Source: Octopus vulgaris (Eukaryota). From it: a stretch of 64,000 nt of DNA. The notes below the pieces were generated by a model that did not search any database, had not been told where the DNA came from, and was given only the letters and a program-made list of their open reading frames with translations. Location: positions 27,156,001 to 27,220,000 of the forward strand of contig OX597825.1 in assembly GCA_951406725.2 (NCBI GenBank), in the 5' to 3' direction. The position numbers and the translations under genes are program-made. Positions within the stretch are counted from its first letter, which is position 1. Each line of letters begins with the position of its first letter. Positions 40,622 to 53,060 of the stretch are shown piece after piece.

Positions 40622-40925
40622 ATAATAACAATCATCTGCATGGCTTCGTGCCTCTCTCTGGACCATCGGGACAGCAAAGTTGACGGCTGCATTATTGCCT
40701 TTAAACCATTCAGTTAGTCCATTGTAGCAGGGTTTAAAACACCTGTGTGGAGGCCCAGGATTTGTCCTGATCACCAATTTTACTGTCAAAATAATGAGAT
40801 TAAGCAGTGCTCAGGAGGGAAGTATTAGTTCGGCGCTGTGTAACTGTCGTGAAACCCCACTACACGTAGTAGAATGAATATGCCTTGTTGATGCATCCTC
40901 GGTGTTTTGAAGTGCCTGAAGCCAT
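40622..40925 (-). pseudogene. DNA transposase N-terminal Cys-rich relic, Chapaev3/CMC-like
   Basis: MASGTSKHRGCINKAYSFYYV*WGFTTVTQRR..YFDSKIGDQDKSWA / CFKPCYNGLTEWFKGNNAAVNFAVPMVQREARSHADDCYY matches the FCYxCG..GDQDKSWAPH..PMxWREP..H..DCYFC signature; superfamily name is from memory. Confidence 0.75.
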
Positions 40926-41984
40926 TGTAGAGACGGGTATGTGTCATATGTATCACAAAATATTTGTAAAACAAAATAAAAATTGGTTACGTAGATCATC
41001 GCATATTTATAATAATGTATATCTCAAAACCTAGAGGTCGTGAGTGAACATTGCTTTTGTCTCTGAACTCAACTATTTTTATGTTTGCCTCAATTTCTCT
41101 GTAAACTTGTGCAGTTGGATTATTTACGTCTTCGTAACATAGTTTCTTGCTGAAATGATCGATAGAATTGTGCCAATTTGAAATTAAGTGCTGGGGACAT
41201 ACCCCAGCATGCTGGCAGTCCTGTGACGGAAACTGGAAAAAGATAAAGGATAAAAAGATTTGTATGTAACGAATCGTTTCTGCAATGGTGTATTTTTTTC
41301 GCTTCCATCTTTCAAAACGTACAGTTTATAATCACAGAGAATATTAAACGCTCGTCTTGTATATTGAATTTCTAATAGATGTTTATATGAGTTTTATTAA
41401 TGTCCGTGATAACACAAATAATATCGATTAAGACTATATCCTGAAACGCATATTTGTAAGTATATCTCGTTTACAGATATCCGGATTACGACAGATGATT
41501 ATTTCATTATCTATTTAAAGATTTCCTTTGTAACTCGTCCGTTGAATTCTCTGCGGAATAAATTTAATATGTACAAATATTGGTATATTTCACTACGATT
41601 TCGCCCCAATCGAATCATCCCGTCAAAATTTCAGACAATTTTGTATCACTATGCAAATCTCAGAGCGAAACTTTGGGATAGGTGGTAGCAAGTTTCTACA
41701 ATTCTAAACTAATCGGTGTCTCGAAATGTTCTGAATATATTATCTAAGTCTAAGTCATTTTCAAAAGCTACATCGCTCTGATTTTATGAAATTGCAGTTT
41801 TATTTATCAGTTACTCTGTTAATATGTTCAGTTTAAGATATAGTTTGCTATACGTTTATCAATTTTCTTAACGATTGAAATCTATGAATTAGTGTGTTTG
41901 AAGGATTGAAATTCAATAGGTATGATTATAAACAGAAGTTTACAAACACACACACGCGCATACGCGCACACACACATATACATA

Positions 41985-42079
<95 letters not shown>

Positions 42080-42167
42080 ATGAGTGTGAGTGTCTGCGGG
42101 GGTGTATGCGTGTGGATGTGTATATATACACGTTTATATACATATATGTGTAAAAAGATGCATATAT

Positions 42168-42593
42168 AGGCGCAGGAGTGACTGTGTGGTAAGTAGCTTG
42201 CTAACCAACCACATGATTCCGGGTTCAGTCCCACTGCGTGGCATCTTGGGCAGGTGTCTTCTGCTATAACCCCGGGCGGACCAATGCCTTGTGAGTGGAT
42301 TTGGTAGACGGAAACTGAAAGAAGCCTGTCGTATATATGTATATATATATATATATATGTATGTGTTTGTGTGTCTGTGTTTGTCTCCCTAGCATTGCTT
42401 GACAACCGATGCTGGTGTGTTTATGTCCCCGTCACTTAGCGGTTCGGCAAAAGAGACCGATAGAATAAGTACTGTGCTTACAAAGAATAAGTCCCGGGGT
42501 CGATTTGCTCGACTAAAGGCGGTGATCCAGCATGGCCGTAGTCAAATGACTGAAACAAGTAAAAGAGTAAAGGAGTAAGGAGAGTAAAGAGTA
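42168..42593 (+). mobile_element. SINE family A, full length
   Basis: tRNA-like head AGGCGCAGGAGTGACTGTGTGGTAAG..GGGTTCAGTCCC, CORE-like CTTGGGCAGGT, internal TA/TG tract, GAGTAA-repeat tail. Confidence 0.93.
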
Positions 42594-43072
42594 TATCGCT
42601 ATGCAGTTTTTATATTCTGCATTTCCTAGAAATAAAGGGAAATATGTATGAGTGCATGAGCATGAACAAACTAGCATATCCAATTATTACAACAGCAGGG
42701 CCTTTATAAACAGACCCCTCTTCTGTAGCAATTATTAAGGAAATTGTTTTATCTAACGATATATTCATTGGCGAAATAATATCCATGAACTGTGTTTATG
42801 AACAGTAAGTGCTATTACAATTGCGATGAATGGACTGTAGCTACGGTATAGTGTATAATGGCTAATAATAATTTTGAACATAGGTTCAAATGGAGGGATA
42901 CAAATTGACAAATCCTAGATGAAACACAAATACTAATTTCACGAGAAACACGTACAAAGAAATGCATATATAATGGACACAGGTTTGTGTGTCACATAGC
43001 TAGATAGAAGAGATGACCTGTGGGAGCTAATCAACGGCAGCATTTCGCCCTATTTTTCTGGACTGCCATGAA

Positions 43073-43384
43073 AGCTTGGCGATAATTATTAATATCCAGT
43101 ACCGCTGCTGTAGTCTACTTTAGAGAGAATTAGAAATAATGATATTTCTATCTTTGAAAACCAGTGGATGTATTACACTGAATTTAAGTAAATTATTCTT
43201 CGAACAGTCGGGCAGCAGCCTGGAATTATATGTTAGTTTGGCGATAAGAGGCAACCATCTCGAAACTAGTCTGTGGGTGCCAGACCAGCAAGGGGATGCA
43301 GCTGACCTCCACAGTTCGATGGCCTTTTGGAGCTCTTCAATGGCAGCTGGAATTATATGCTAGCTTGGCGATAACTATTAATAT
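43073..43384 (+). mobile_element. Short repeat with 127-nt tandem period and HHR-like motif
   Basis: TTGGCGATAA occurs 3 times; CTGGAATTATATG(T/C)TAG(T/C)TTGGCGATAA repeats at 127-nt spacing; the unit contains GAG..CTC-GAAA-CTAG-TC. Confidence 0.5.
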
Positions 43385-43856
43385 ATATATGAATATGCAT
43401 ATATACATACATACAGATTGACATATACACCGACACGCATATATATATATATATGTGCACGCTGATGTGTGTCTGCATGTATGTGTCTGTGTGCATGTGT
43501 GTGTGAGTGTGTGCACACGCGCGTGTCTGCACGTATGTGTATATACGCACGTGCGCGCGCGCGTGTGTGTACACCAAAGAGAATTAACTGACATACAGAT
43601 GATAGAAAAATGGAGAGAAAATACACGTGTCCAAAGCTACCTAACTTTTACAACTTTTTTAGTTTTAAGATAAAGCCTGAAATATTCCATTAATATATTT
43701 TTTGCTATTCGAAAACTAAGAAATTTGATTTATATGAATGTATACGTTCTTCTGTATAAAACAAATTTTAATGCTATTTTCAAACTTTTAAGTAAATGTT
43801 GTTCAGTTTGAAGCAGCATAACGAAACAAGTAATGAAAACCACGATTAAAACAGCC

Positions 43857-43874
43857 CTTTATTATTATTATTAA

Positions 43875-43928
<54 letters not shown>

Positions 43929-44073
43929 CGTTATTTTTTTTTTTTCTTCTTTCAAATTTGCTTCCATTTCTTGCCGAGTGTCTTCCCGACTCCTAGGGCA
44001 AAGAAACTCATAGTATACATCGGTATGCCATTACATCAAACTCAATAGTTCGTTCATTTTTTTTTTAAGTTAA

Positions 44074-44138
<65 letters not shown>

Positions 44139-44142
44139 CATT
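43857..44142. repeat. (TTA)n array interrupted by a ~150-bp insert
   Basis: TTA runs 43857-43930 and 44075-44142 flank non-repetitive sequence, probably a TAA-targeting retroelement end. Confidence 0.7.
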
Positions 44143-45456
44143 AATTTATCTTGAATGTAATATAATACCAAGTAAAATGCAATACAAATATCAAAATAAT
44201 CAAACATTCTAGGTTAAAATAGAGTTATATGAAAATCGTATTCAGATAAATTTTACACAATGTGTATTGCGTATTATGCTCCTCCAATGGAAAGAATTGA
44301 AAGATTTAGACGTAAAGTTTAGCATCCAATTATCGTGGTGAAGCCGACTAAGAAGACTAATCAAAGTTACCAGATTGATTTAATACCTTAGATGTGCTTA
44401 CACTTTCGTGTATTTGTTCGTCATTATTGTGAAAAAAACAATATTGTAGCCTAAAAAACAAAATTATATAAATAAACAAACAATAACATTATAAATACAT
44501 ACGCGTAATATAAAACAAACAAAAAATGTTTTATATTTTTCTATCTTTAACATATAATACACCATTAGGTATTTTATTGTATTATTTGAAATAGTACAAG
44601 CGTTTATTATATGTTCTGTAAAGTTATTGTTGATGGCTGAATTGTTGAAATTTATGTTTTAAGGTTATTGAAAGAACAAACAGTTCAGCCATAATTTTTA
44701 TATGAATACTGAAATTTGATATATTCTCACCGTCTTCTATCAACATTGCTTCGAGTCAACGAGGATGCTTGTACGTAGTCGAGTGACCTTGTATCAATCC
44801 AAAGCCTCATCAAAGAAACATTTTCCGTCGTAAAGAAGGGAGGTTGCTTTTTTTATATAATGGAGCAATAAATATATTGCTTTTGCGGGAAAAATAATGA
44901 TTGTTGTTTGAAACAGTTTTGGAGCTCCATTATAGATGATTCGAATCTAAACAACAAAAGTCGCAATAATAACAAGCAAAACGTCAGAATAAATAACATC
45001 GATAAATCTACGTACAATAGAGTACAGCAAAAGTGACAACAATAATCGCAGAGCCATCATATAAACATCATGACGTATACTCACCATAAAACGAAATCAC
45101 AAACAAATCACTCTCTGAAACTGTAAAATAGAAAATTAACGTAATGGATGCAATAAGGCTGCAAGGATGATCAGAAAATCGCAGGAGCATTCAAGGAGCA
45201 TTCTGTACCTTGTATTATTAACATTAAATTGTGGTTGGACAATGTAGATGGAATAGTGTTTCGTAAGAACCATTTTTCGTCTTATGGAATAGTGTTGTAG
45301 TCAAATCTCAATTCACGCGAAACAGAATGAACAACTACATATGTACTGGTAGTGTGCCAAATAATTTGAAACTGGGGAACTATAATTTTCGCAATTATTT
45401 TTCTTATGCGTTAATCTTCCGTACATTCATTAACTTATATATATATACATATACAT

Positions 45457-45531
<75 letters not shown>

Positions 45532-45719
45532 TGAGAAAGTTGGTGTGTGAAAGCACGTGGTTGAATATATAAAAATAGTAAAAAGTGAAAAACCGGTCAT
45601 TTCTTCAAAAACTATGTCATTGCATGAAAAAGATTTATAACATACTTCAGACATAATGACTCAAATATATATTTTCTAACCTTTTAAAACAAGCCTTCTG
45701 TAGTTTTTTCACTTTTTAC

Positions 45720-45755
<36 letters not shown>

Positions 45756-46339
45756 ACGACATACCTGTATTTGAAACAAACTTTTCGGCCCTAAGATGGC
45801 AGACATCATGAGCATAGAATCTAGAAATGTAAGCCAGATGTATATGAACGCCACCCTACAGATTCATACGATAATATCGGACATAAACAGACGTGGTAAT
45901 CATGAGCCTGGTGCTTTTGATCATATATCTGTAGGTGATCTTTCGATAAAAAAAAGCCAACAAACCATTTCATACCTAACACGGATTTCTTTCTGAAATC
46001 CGTCTATTGCGCAGGTAATAGTCGCATATAATTTTCCATTTATTATCTCTTTGATGCAAGTTGTGTTGTCTCACAGAAAGCATATTCTGTTACTTCATGT
46101 TCCTATTAGAACGTTTAGAAAATTCATTTCTTTCATCGTATGTTTCCATTTACCACAAGAATATGATGCCGTATGTATTTAAATTTATCAAATCCCACCT
46201 CGGTAATTTAAACGTGTTTATAATTCCAATTAGAGACATCTGTTGACTGGCTATTAACAATTATTACCGCCATGAAAGATAGACTGATATTAAATTTATC
46301 GATATGACGTTCCACATTCGACATAGTTAAATGTTAAGT

Positions 46340-47107
46340 GAAGAGCAGCTTTGACAAAATGTTACTTGATACAAAGTATCTCAAAATGTGTCAGTGCTGA
46401 TATCAGAATGGTGTTCGGGCTGAGAAAGTGTAGTGTGTTACCTTTGAAAAGAGGCAAAAATTCAATGTATGGGCGGGCTAACGAAACCCTTGAGGATGTA
46501 GGTTATGAAGCAGATAGAAGACATGGGCTATAAGTACATGGGGATTTTGGAAATGGATAAATTGATGGAGAAAGAAATGGCAGAAAAATTTAAGGTGGAG
46601 TACTTGCGCACACTGAGACTGATCCTTAACTCGAAATTAAACGGACGGAATAAGATTGAAGATAACAACACCTGGGCGGTTTCAATCCTTAGATATGTAG
46701 CAGGGGTAATCGCATGGAGAGTAGATGATCTAAACAACTTAGACAGAAAGACAAGGAAGTTACTAACTAGATATGGGACACTCCACTCAAAAGGTGATAC
46801 AGAAAGACTGTATGTACCAAGAAAAAGAGCTGCAGTTGTGGTCGATGAAAAAAATGGTAGATATACCAACAATTGTCAGAGCCCTGGGATGAGTGAGTAA
46901 AAATCTTGAGAATTACATGGAACAAATAGAGGCTGCAATAAGGGTCGAGCATTTGCAGAAAACAACACTGCTCGAATACTCCGGAAGGTGCTCAAAAAAG
47001 AAGAGGTGTTCACTGGTAGTGAACAGCTGACACCGTAGTACATTTCCAGCGTTAAAAGCTGTGCAAAGGCAATAATAATAACAACAACAACAACAACAAC
47101 AACAACA

Positions 47108-47138
<31 letters not shown>

Positions 47139-47140
47139 AT
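46340..47140 (+). mobile_element. R4/Dong-type non-LTR retrotransposon, truncated and internally deleted, AAT/AAC tail
   Basis: SADIRMVFGLRKC..KRGK; YKYMGI..LNGRNKI..WAVSILRY..LDRKTRKLLT..ERLYVPRKR (RT thumb), then QLWSMKKMVDIPTIVRALG*VSKNL..LQKTTLL (RLE C-terminus); tail 47071-47140. Confidence 0.9.
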
Positions 47141-47816
47141 GTCCTGTTGCAGTACCGGCAATGGCTTTCATGGTTTCTGATCTTGTAGAAGTGTTATCAA
47201 GTACATTGATTTGTCTTGGTATAAAAGATGGGCGACAGAAAATATTCTGTTCAATACCACAGATTTGCTTGTCAGATATCTGACCTTAACCAACTGATCA
47301 TGTCCCTTAGTGGCTGACGATATGTGCATCCCTGATAAAGAGCAAAATTGTTGTGGAGCATCATAGCCTTGTGTTGAGAATTCTTTGAGATTTGAATAAT
47401 TCACCTATGGAAACATGGCTGTTTTGTTCAACATCCTTACACTACACTTATTCAAAGACCTTTTAAGTGGGATGGGCTACTCGACTTGAAGACAGTTCTA
47501 ACTGGTCCCCACCTGCAAGTTCATGCACTGTTTATCTTGATATGAGATCACCATCTTGCGCACATGTGGTTGTGATGCATGTGCAAAATAAAGTGAGTTT
47601 TAATCAGATGATATTGCTGCTGTTGCTTCTGCTACTGCTGCTGCTGCTGATGATGATGATGATGATAATGGTGATGGTTGTGGTGGTGGTTGTGGTGGTG
47701 GTGATAGTGGTGGTGGTAGTGGTGTTGGTGGTGGTGTTGGTGATGCGATATCCTTGCAGCTTATTGATTATAGATTTGCTTGATCATCGTTGAAAAAAAT
47801 TTAAGCATCATAAATA

Positions 47817-48226
47817 AATGTACAGTACTTACAATGGACGCACAGGTGTCATCACTTCGTTTGCTGTTACCACGTCCCGGCTGATGTATTCTCCAGCCTT
47901 CAACAGGTGTTCTAGTGGAATTTCGAACCCAAACTTTTATTTGACTAATGGGCTACTCTGTTCTCATTCCTAAGGTGTTTCTTTTTGTTTTGATAAAACA
48001 AAGAGTAACTCACCTCTTTCACAAGTCTTTAATGCACGGTGTATTGTAAAAAAATAAGACAATAACTTAGGAATAAAAGCAAAGCGCTCCATTAGTGAAA
48101 TAAAAGTATGGGTTCAAAATTTCAACAGAGCACTTGATGATGGCAGGAGAGTACATCAGCCGAAATATTGTGGTAAGAACAAACGATGTGAAGACACATA
48201 ACCTTTCATTGTAAATAACGTACATA
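47817..48226. mobile_element. Head-to-head inverted pair of HHR-bearing pLTR-like arms (family F)
   Basis: 47817-47985 is a diverged inverse of 48052-48226; CAC-TTGATGA-T-GGCAG..CAGCC-GAAA..GTG at 48131-48172 (+) and CAC-CTGTTGA-A-GGCTG..CAGCC-GGGA (-). Confidence 0.75.
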
Positions 48227-50350
48227 TTTCCTCATTTCAAAAACATAGAATAATATAAATAAATGATTTAGAATTTACCGAATACTAAAAAATATATTTG
48301 AAAATTTCAATAAGTGAGAGTGATTGTTTAACTATTATGGTAACTTAAGATAAAGGCTACCTTTCATGTTACCTTTCCTGCTTACGAGGAAAGGTAAAAT
48401 GAAAAATGCTACAAACCTTTGCTCTGTGTAAGATGACCATGAAAGTGGAACCATGAAACAGAAATATTTCGTTTACCTTTTACAGTATTTTTTTTGTCTT
48501 TCTCTATAAATACACTACGAAGTGAAACAAACATACGACTTGGTGGACACGAAAATCACTTATATTATTCACAGTGAATGTGTGGATATTAAACAATGGA
48601 CATTTTTTCTATTGTTTTTGCCTTTTCTTTATCTCACTTCTTATATTGCAGTCAAAGATAAGGGAATTATCTGAACAATTCCGTTAGTTCTCAGTTAATA
48701 CTCAATTAGTGTAATGCAGATATAGCAAACGGCCACACCTGAGATATATTTTTTAAATAAAAAGAAGAGTAGCTCACCTCTTTCACAAGTCTTTAATGCA
48801 CCGTGTATTGTAAAACTTCTAAAGTTATGACTAGAAAGCAACAAAACAAATGAATATCTCTGTTCTGGGAACAATTTTAGTGGTGATTTATGGTAATTTA
48901 TCACAAGAAAAAAGTAATTGAAACAAAAATCTGAAAAGCAAACGCCAAAATATCAAATGAAAAAATAAAAGAACATTTTAATATGTTTCGCAATCCATTT
49001 TTTCTCTGTCACAACTGTAGACATTTTCATAATGTTCATATCTCTAGTGAGAAAATAAGATAAATGTATCTGATATGAATTACTAGTGACAAATGACTTT
49101 AATAAAACTATTCTGGATTATTTTATTCATATTTTTTCGCTTTATCTATACGTTTGTCTAAACTACATCGAACATCGCAACATTTATTCTAATTCTGATA
49201 TATTAACTAAAGAATTATGATGTAAATTTTCGTTTCATATATAAACTTAACTTAGCTAATTATTGTGATTCATTCTCGATGAATGATATTCGGCCATTAT
49301 GCCAAATATAATGTGCGTGTGTGTGTGTATGTATTCGTAAATGTATATAACCTCGCATTAAGATGTAAAAATAAGACTATTGAATGATTAAAATGGTATC
49401 TATACATTAAATAGAAGCATACAGTCGTGAAATAGTCGTATATGGCATTGATAATTTCTTAAAGAGGTACGAATAGAAAATTTACAATATGTTTTACCGA
49501 GACAGCTATAACGGGTCATCTTGAACGTATTAAATACCAGAAAAGTAAAATCAGTATATACCATATACTACCATTGAACCCCTTGATACTCTCCCAGATA
49601 AATCTACATGAAGCTGTCAGCAATGTGAAACACTTGACCTTCATATAAATAGTGACAGTATATATTGTTACGTATATATTTATATTTAAGGTTCAACAGG
49701 AGGCGTACCAGAAGTAAAACACCCTGCTTTCTTGTATATATTCTAGTTCACTAATGTTTAAATCAATATACACGTCTTAATTCGTGCTACCCGTTTAACT
49801 TTTACTCATATAACTTGTATAGATCATGTCTCCATGCCACATGAAACGGCTTTTGGATATGCAGGTATTTAAATATAATGTAGTCGTCTATGATAGTGTG
49901 TTCTTTTACATTAGACATTATACAACGTCTTTGGGTTAAGGCTACCATTGATTTCATGTTAAGGGACATCCTTTAAAGCGTGCAACATGAAATAAAGGTG
50001 TTCGTTGAAGCAAGGGAGATAATAATCCAAAGGTATATGTGAATACCTAAACGTGTGTGTTTGTAGCTGAATATCTCTCTCTTGTTCTGACTTTGCCTTT
50101 CTCCTTTTCATGTCTTCCGCGATCACAACTGTCTCTGTCTCAGGTTGAAAGATATCCTATCTTTCTTTTTATTGTCTCTAACTCTTTATTCTTTTTATCG
50201 TACTAATTTTATAGCTCTTTCCTCTTTGTCTTCTATTGTAAGATTTAGTTCGTTTTATTTCGTTTGAACCCGGGAACATTACAGATGAGTGATATCAGCG
50301 TTTGCAGACGCTGAAATTGTATTAACTATAGTCGAAAAAAGCTGATGAAG

Positions 50351-50866
50351 TACACAGACATACAGGAAGTAAATAGACACCTTTAATTTTCACTCTTATA
50401 TTTTATATTAATTGGTTGAAGGAGAGGTTTTCTTCTAGCTGCTCATCCATAATACCCAAGCTTATACAGATATGTAACACACGTTCTTGGACTAACTTCT
50501 AGCTGTTTTGCAATGTCAGAAGCCTATGGAACGGAGTTCGTTTTCTACAATTCTCTTCAAACAGCGAAGCTTCCTTTCCGTGGACCCAGGTCGGCCGGGA
50601 CGAGATTCTGTTGATCCTTTTCCTTTGGCTTTTGAATTGCACTTTAATTCTATTCACAGTAGCAAGGGTAATTTGAAGATTTTCAGCACATTTTCGCTGC
50701 CTAAGACCAGATAATACGATCTCTTTGAAAATCTGACAGTTCTGCTAATTTTTTATTTATTTTATTTTATTATTTTTTATTTTTTGCGCGGCATGGTTAC
50801 AAATGATGCTTGAATCAGAAATTTTCAAAATTAAATATGTCTATTTACTTCCTACATGTCTGTGTA
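50351..50866 (-). mobile_element. Complete internally deleted Tc1-like transposon
   Basis: TIRs TACACAGACAT..AGGAAGTAAATAGACA at 50351-50379 and 50838-50866 with TA ends; minus strand MPRK..AELSDFQRDRII / GLRQRKCAENLQITLATVNRI..SRPGRP..ASDIAKQLEVSPRT..GYYG*AARRKPLL; no DDE domain. Confidence 0.92.
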
Positions 50867-51029
50867 GAATTATTTCTATCTGTTTCTCTATTATTTTCTT
50901 ACTTGTTTACACATCCTTTGCTGTTGTTTTTATTCTTGCTTCTGATGTAGGCAATTATATTTCTCCCCTCTCTGTGGCATACACTATCCACTTTCCCACT
51001 CTCTTCTACTCTTTTCTCTTACTCTCTCT

Positions 51030-51068
<39 letters not shown>

Positions 51069-52274
51069 TCTCTTTACATATATATATATATCTTTTGTGC
51101 CTATTATATGCTTGTTTTACTGTAGTTGTGTCTTCTTTTTCTTTCACACATTTTCGCACTTACTCTTTTATATTACCCATCCTGATGATATTTTCCAACA
51201 ATTTTGGTATCCTGTTATAGTTTCAACCCATGTGATATTTTTCCCAAGTGAAAATATTTATATAACGTCCCTGTGTACTATCATCCTCCCATTCTGTCTT
51301 TGTTTTAAGACGGAAGACACCTTGTTTTTCTATATTCTGTCCACTCTTCTGTTTCCATCTTGTTTTCTTTTCATTTGGAAGACATGGATAAAATTTTATT
51401 TAACGCCATGTATGGTTTTGTGCATTTCCGTCAATTTGCTTTGTTTAGTTTGAACAGGGGTGATAGTCTGACGAACGATGCAACGTTTCCAAAACGCTAA
51501 GATCGTACAGCCTGACTAATACGTTTATCAACGTCGGATTTTGCTCCTTCGCTTAAATTTCGTACACATGCATAACCCTCGCTTTGATTTTAATTTCGAG
51601 CTTCCACTGTCAATTTTTTCATCGTAACAAATTTATTTACTCTTTCACTGTGCCACATACGAACGTTTACTCCTTTTATCTTTCATATTTTGCACGCACC
51701 ACCTTTCTCTCGCGGAATGTTACTTCCTTCCCTCTTTCCCTATACCTCTGGGGTGAGAGAAAGAGGGATCATCTTGATCCCTCTTTCTCTCACGCCATTT
51801 CTTTCTATCCATCTTTGAATTCATGGTTATTATTAACCCACAGTGATAAGAGCCGAAAAAATCATTAGTGTTATTAGATACAAAAACATAGAGATAGGGA
51901 AGAAAATACGCTACAGTATTCATCAAAATAAACCACTCTTTCTATCAACTTTAGAATATTATGATAACACATTGTGTCATATAGTCATCGCTGATTACTT
52001 CATTTTTATTTAATATATTATGAGAAAGTACTTTACCATGAAATATTCATAAAAGATCAAGTAAAAACTATAAAATAACGATTTTAAATACTTTATCTTC
52101 GAAGGAGAAAACTAAATGCTAAAAATCAATTACCTGAGTAATCTTCGCTGTCTGCCACACCATTACTCTATGAATATATTCATTATTCGCAATATTCTCA
52201 ATAATTATACTGTATCTATTGCTGTCAGCATTGCTTTTGTATTGCTATGCTGTTATGATATTTAAAAAAAAACA

Positions 52275-52350
<76 letters not shown>

Positions 52351-52779
52351 GGTTGAAATGATTATGTAGCATGAAATGTGCGTAACGTTGTGTTTGCTAT
52401 AGCATTATTGTGTTTATTTCTAGCCGAAGGAGAAAGGTTTTTAATACGTGTATAGAAATGCTTCCACATTTTCTCATGTCAATAAATCTCCTTAGGCATA
52501 TTTCATAGAAAGGTGATTGAGCATATCAATTGTTCAGTGTTTTAAATTGTCATGGATTAGTGGATTGGAGTATCATTTGAGTTACTACTGAAGCGTTAAG
52601 AAACATTTCCAATTACCACGAACAGATCTTAATTACTTCTGCAGAATAGTATTCCTCAGTGTTTTTGTATGGTCTTTGTTTAAAATTTTAATATACTGCT
52701 TTCCGATCGAAATCACTTGTAAACAAATCCTAGACGTTATTGATGATCATTAAATGTAAATATTCCAAATTATCGAAAT

Positions 52780-52780
<1 letters not shown>

Positions 52781-52831
<51 letters not shown>

Positions 52832-52914
52832 TAATAATGATAATAATGATAATAATAATAATTATAATAATAATAATAATAATAATAATAATTATTATTA
52901 TTATTATTATTATA

Positions 52915-52947
<33 letters not shown>

Positions 52948-53060
52948 ATCAGAAGAAGAAGAAGAAGAAGAAGAAGAAGAAGAAGAAGAAGAAGAAGAAG
53001 AAGAAGAAGAAGAAGAAGAAGAAGAAGAAGAAGAAGAAGAAGAAGAAGAAGAAGAAGAAA
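52781..53060. repeat. (AAT)n-(ATT)n-(AAG)n compound microsatellite
   Basis: Direct reading. Confidence 0.97.

Noticed and set aside
45557-45730. ~25-bp inverted repeat between TA tracts
   Set aside because: Probably another decayed pLTR pair, but short, AT-rich and without a convincing core.
50803-51453. 216-aa hydrophobic ORF
   Set aside because: T-rich low-complexity sequence spanning a Tc1 TIR and a CT repeat; not a credible membrane protein.
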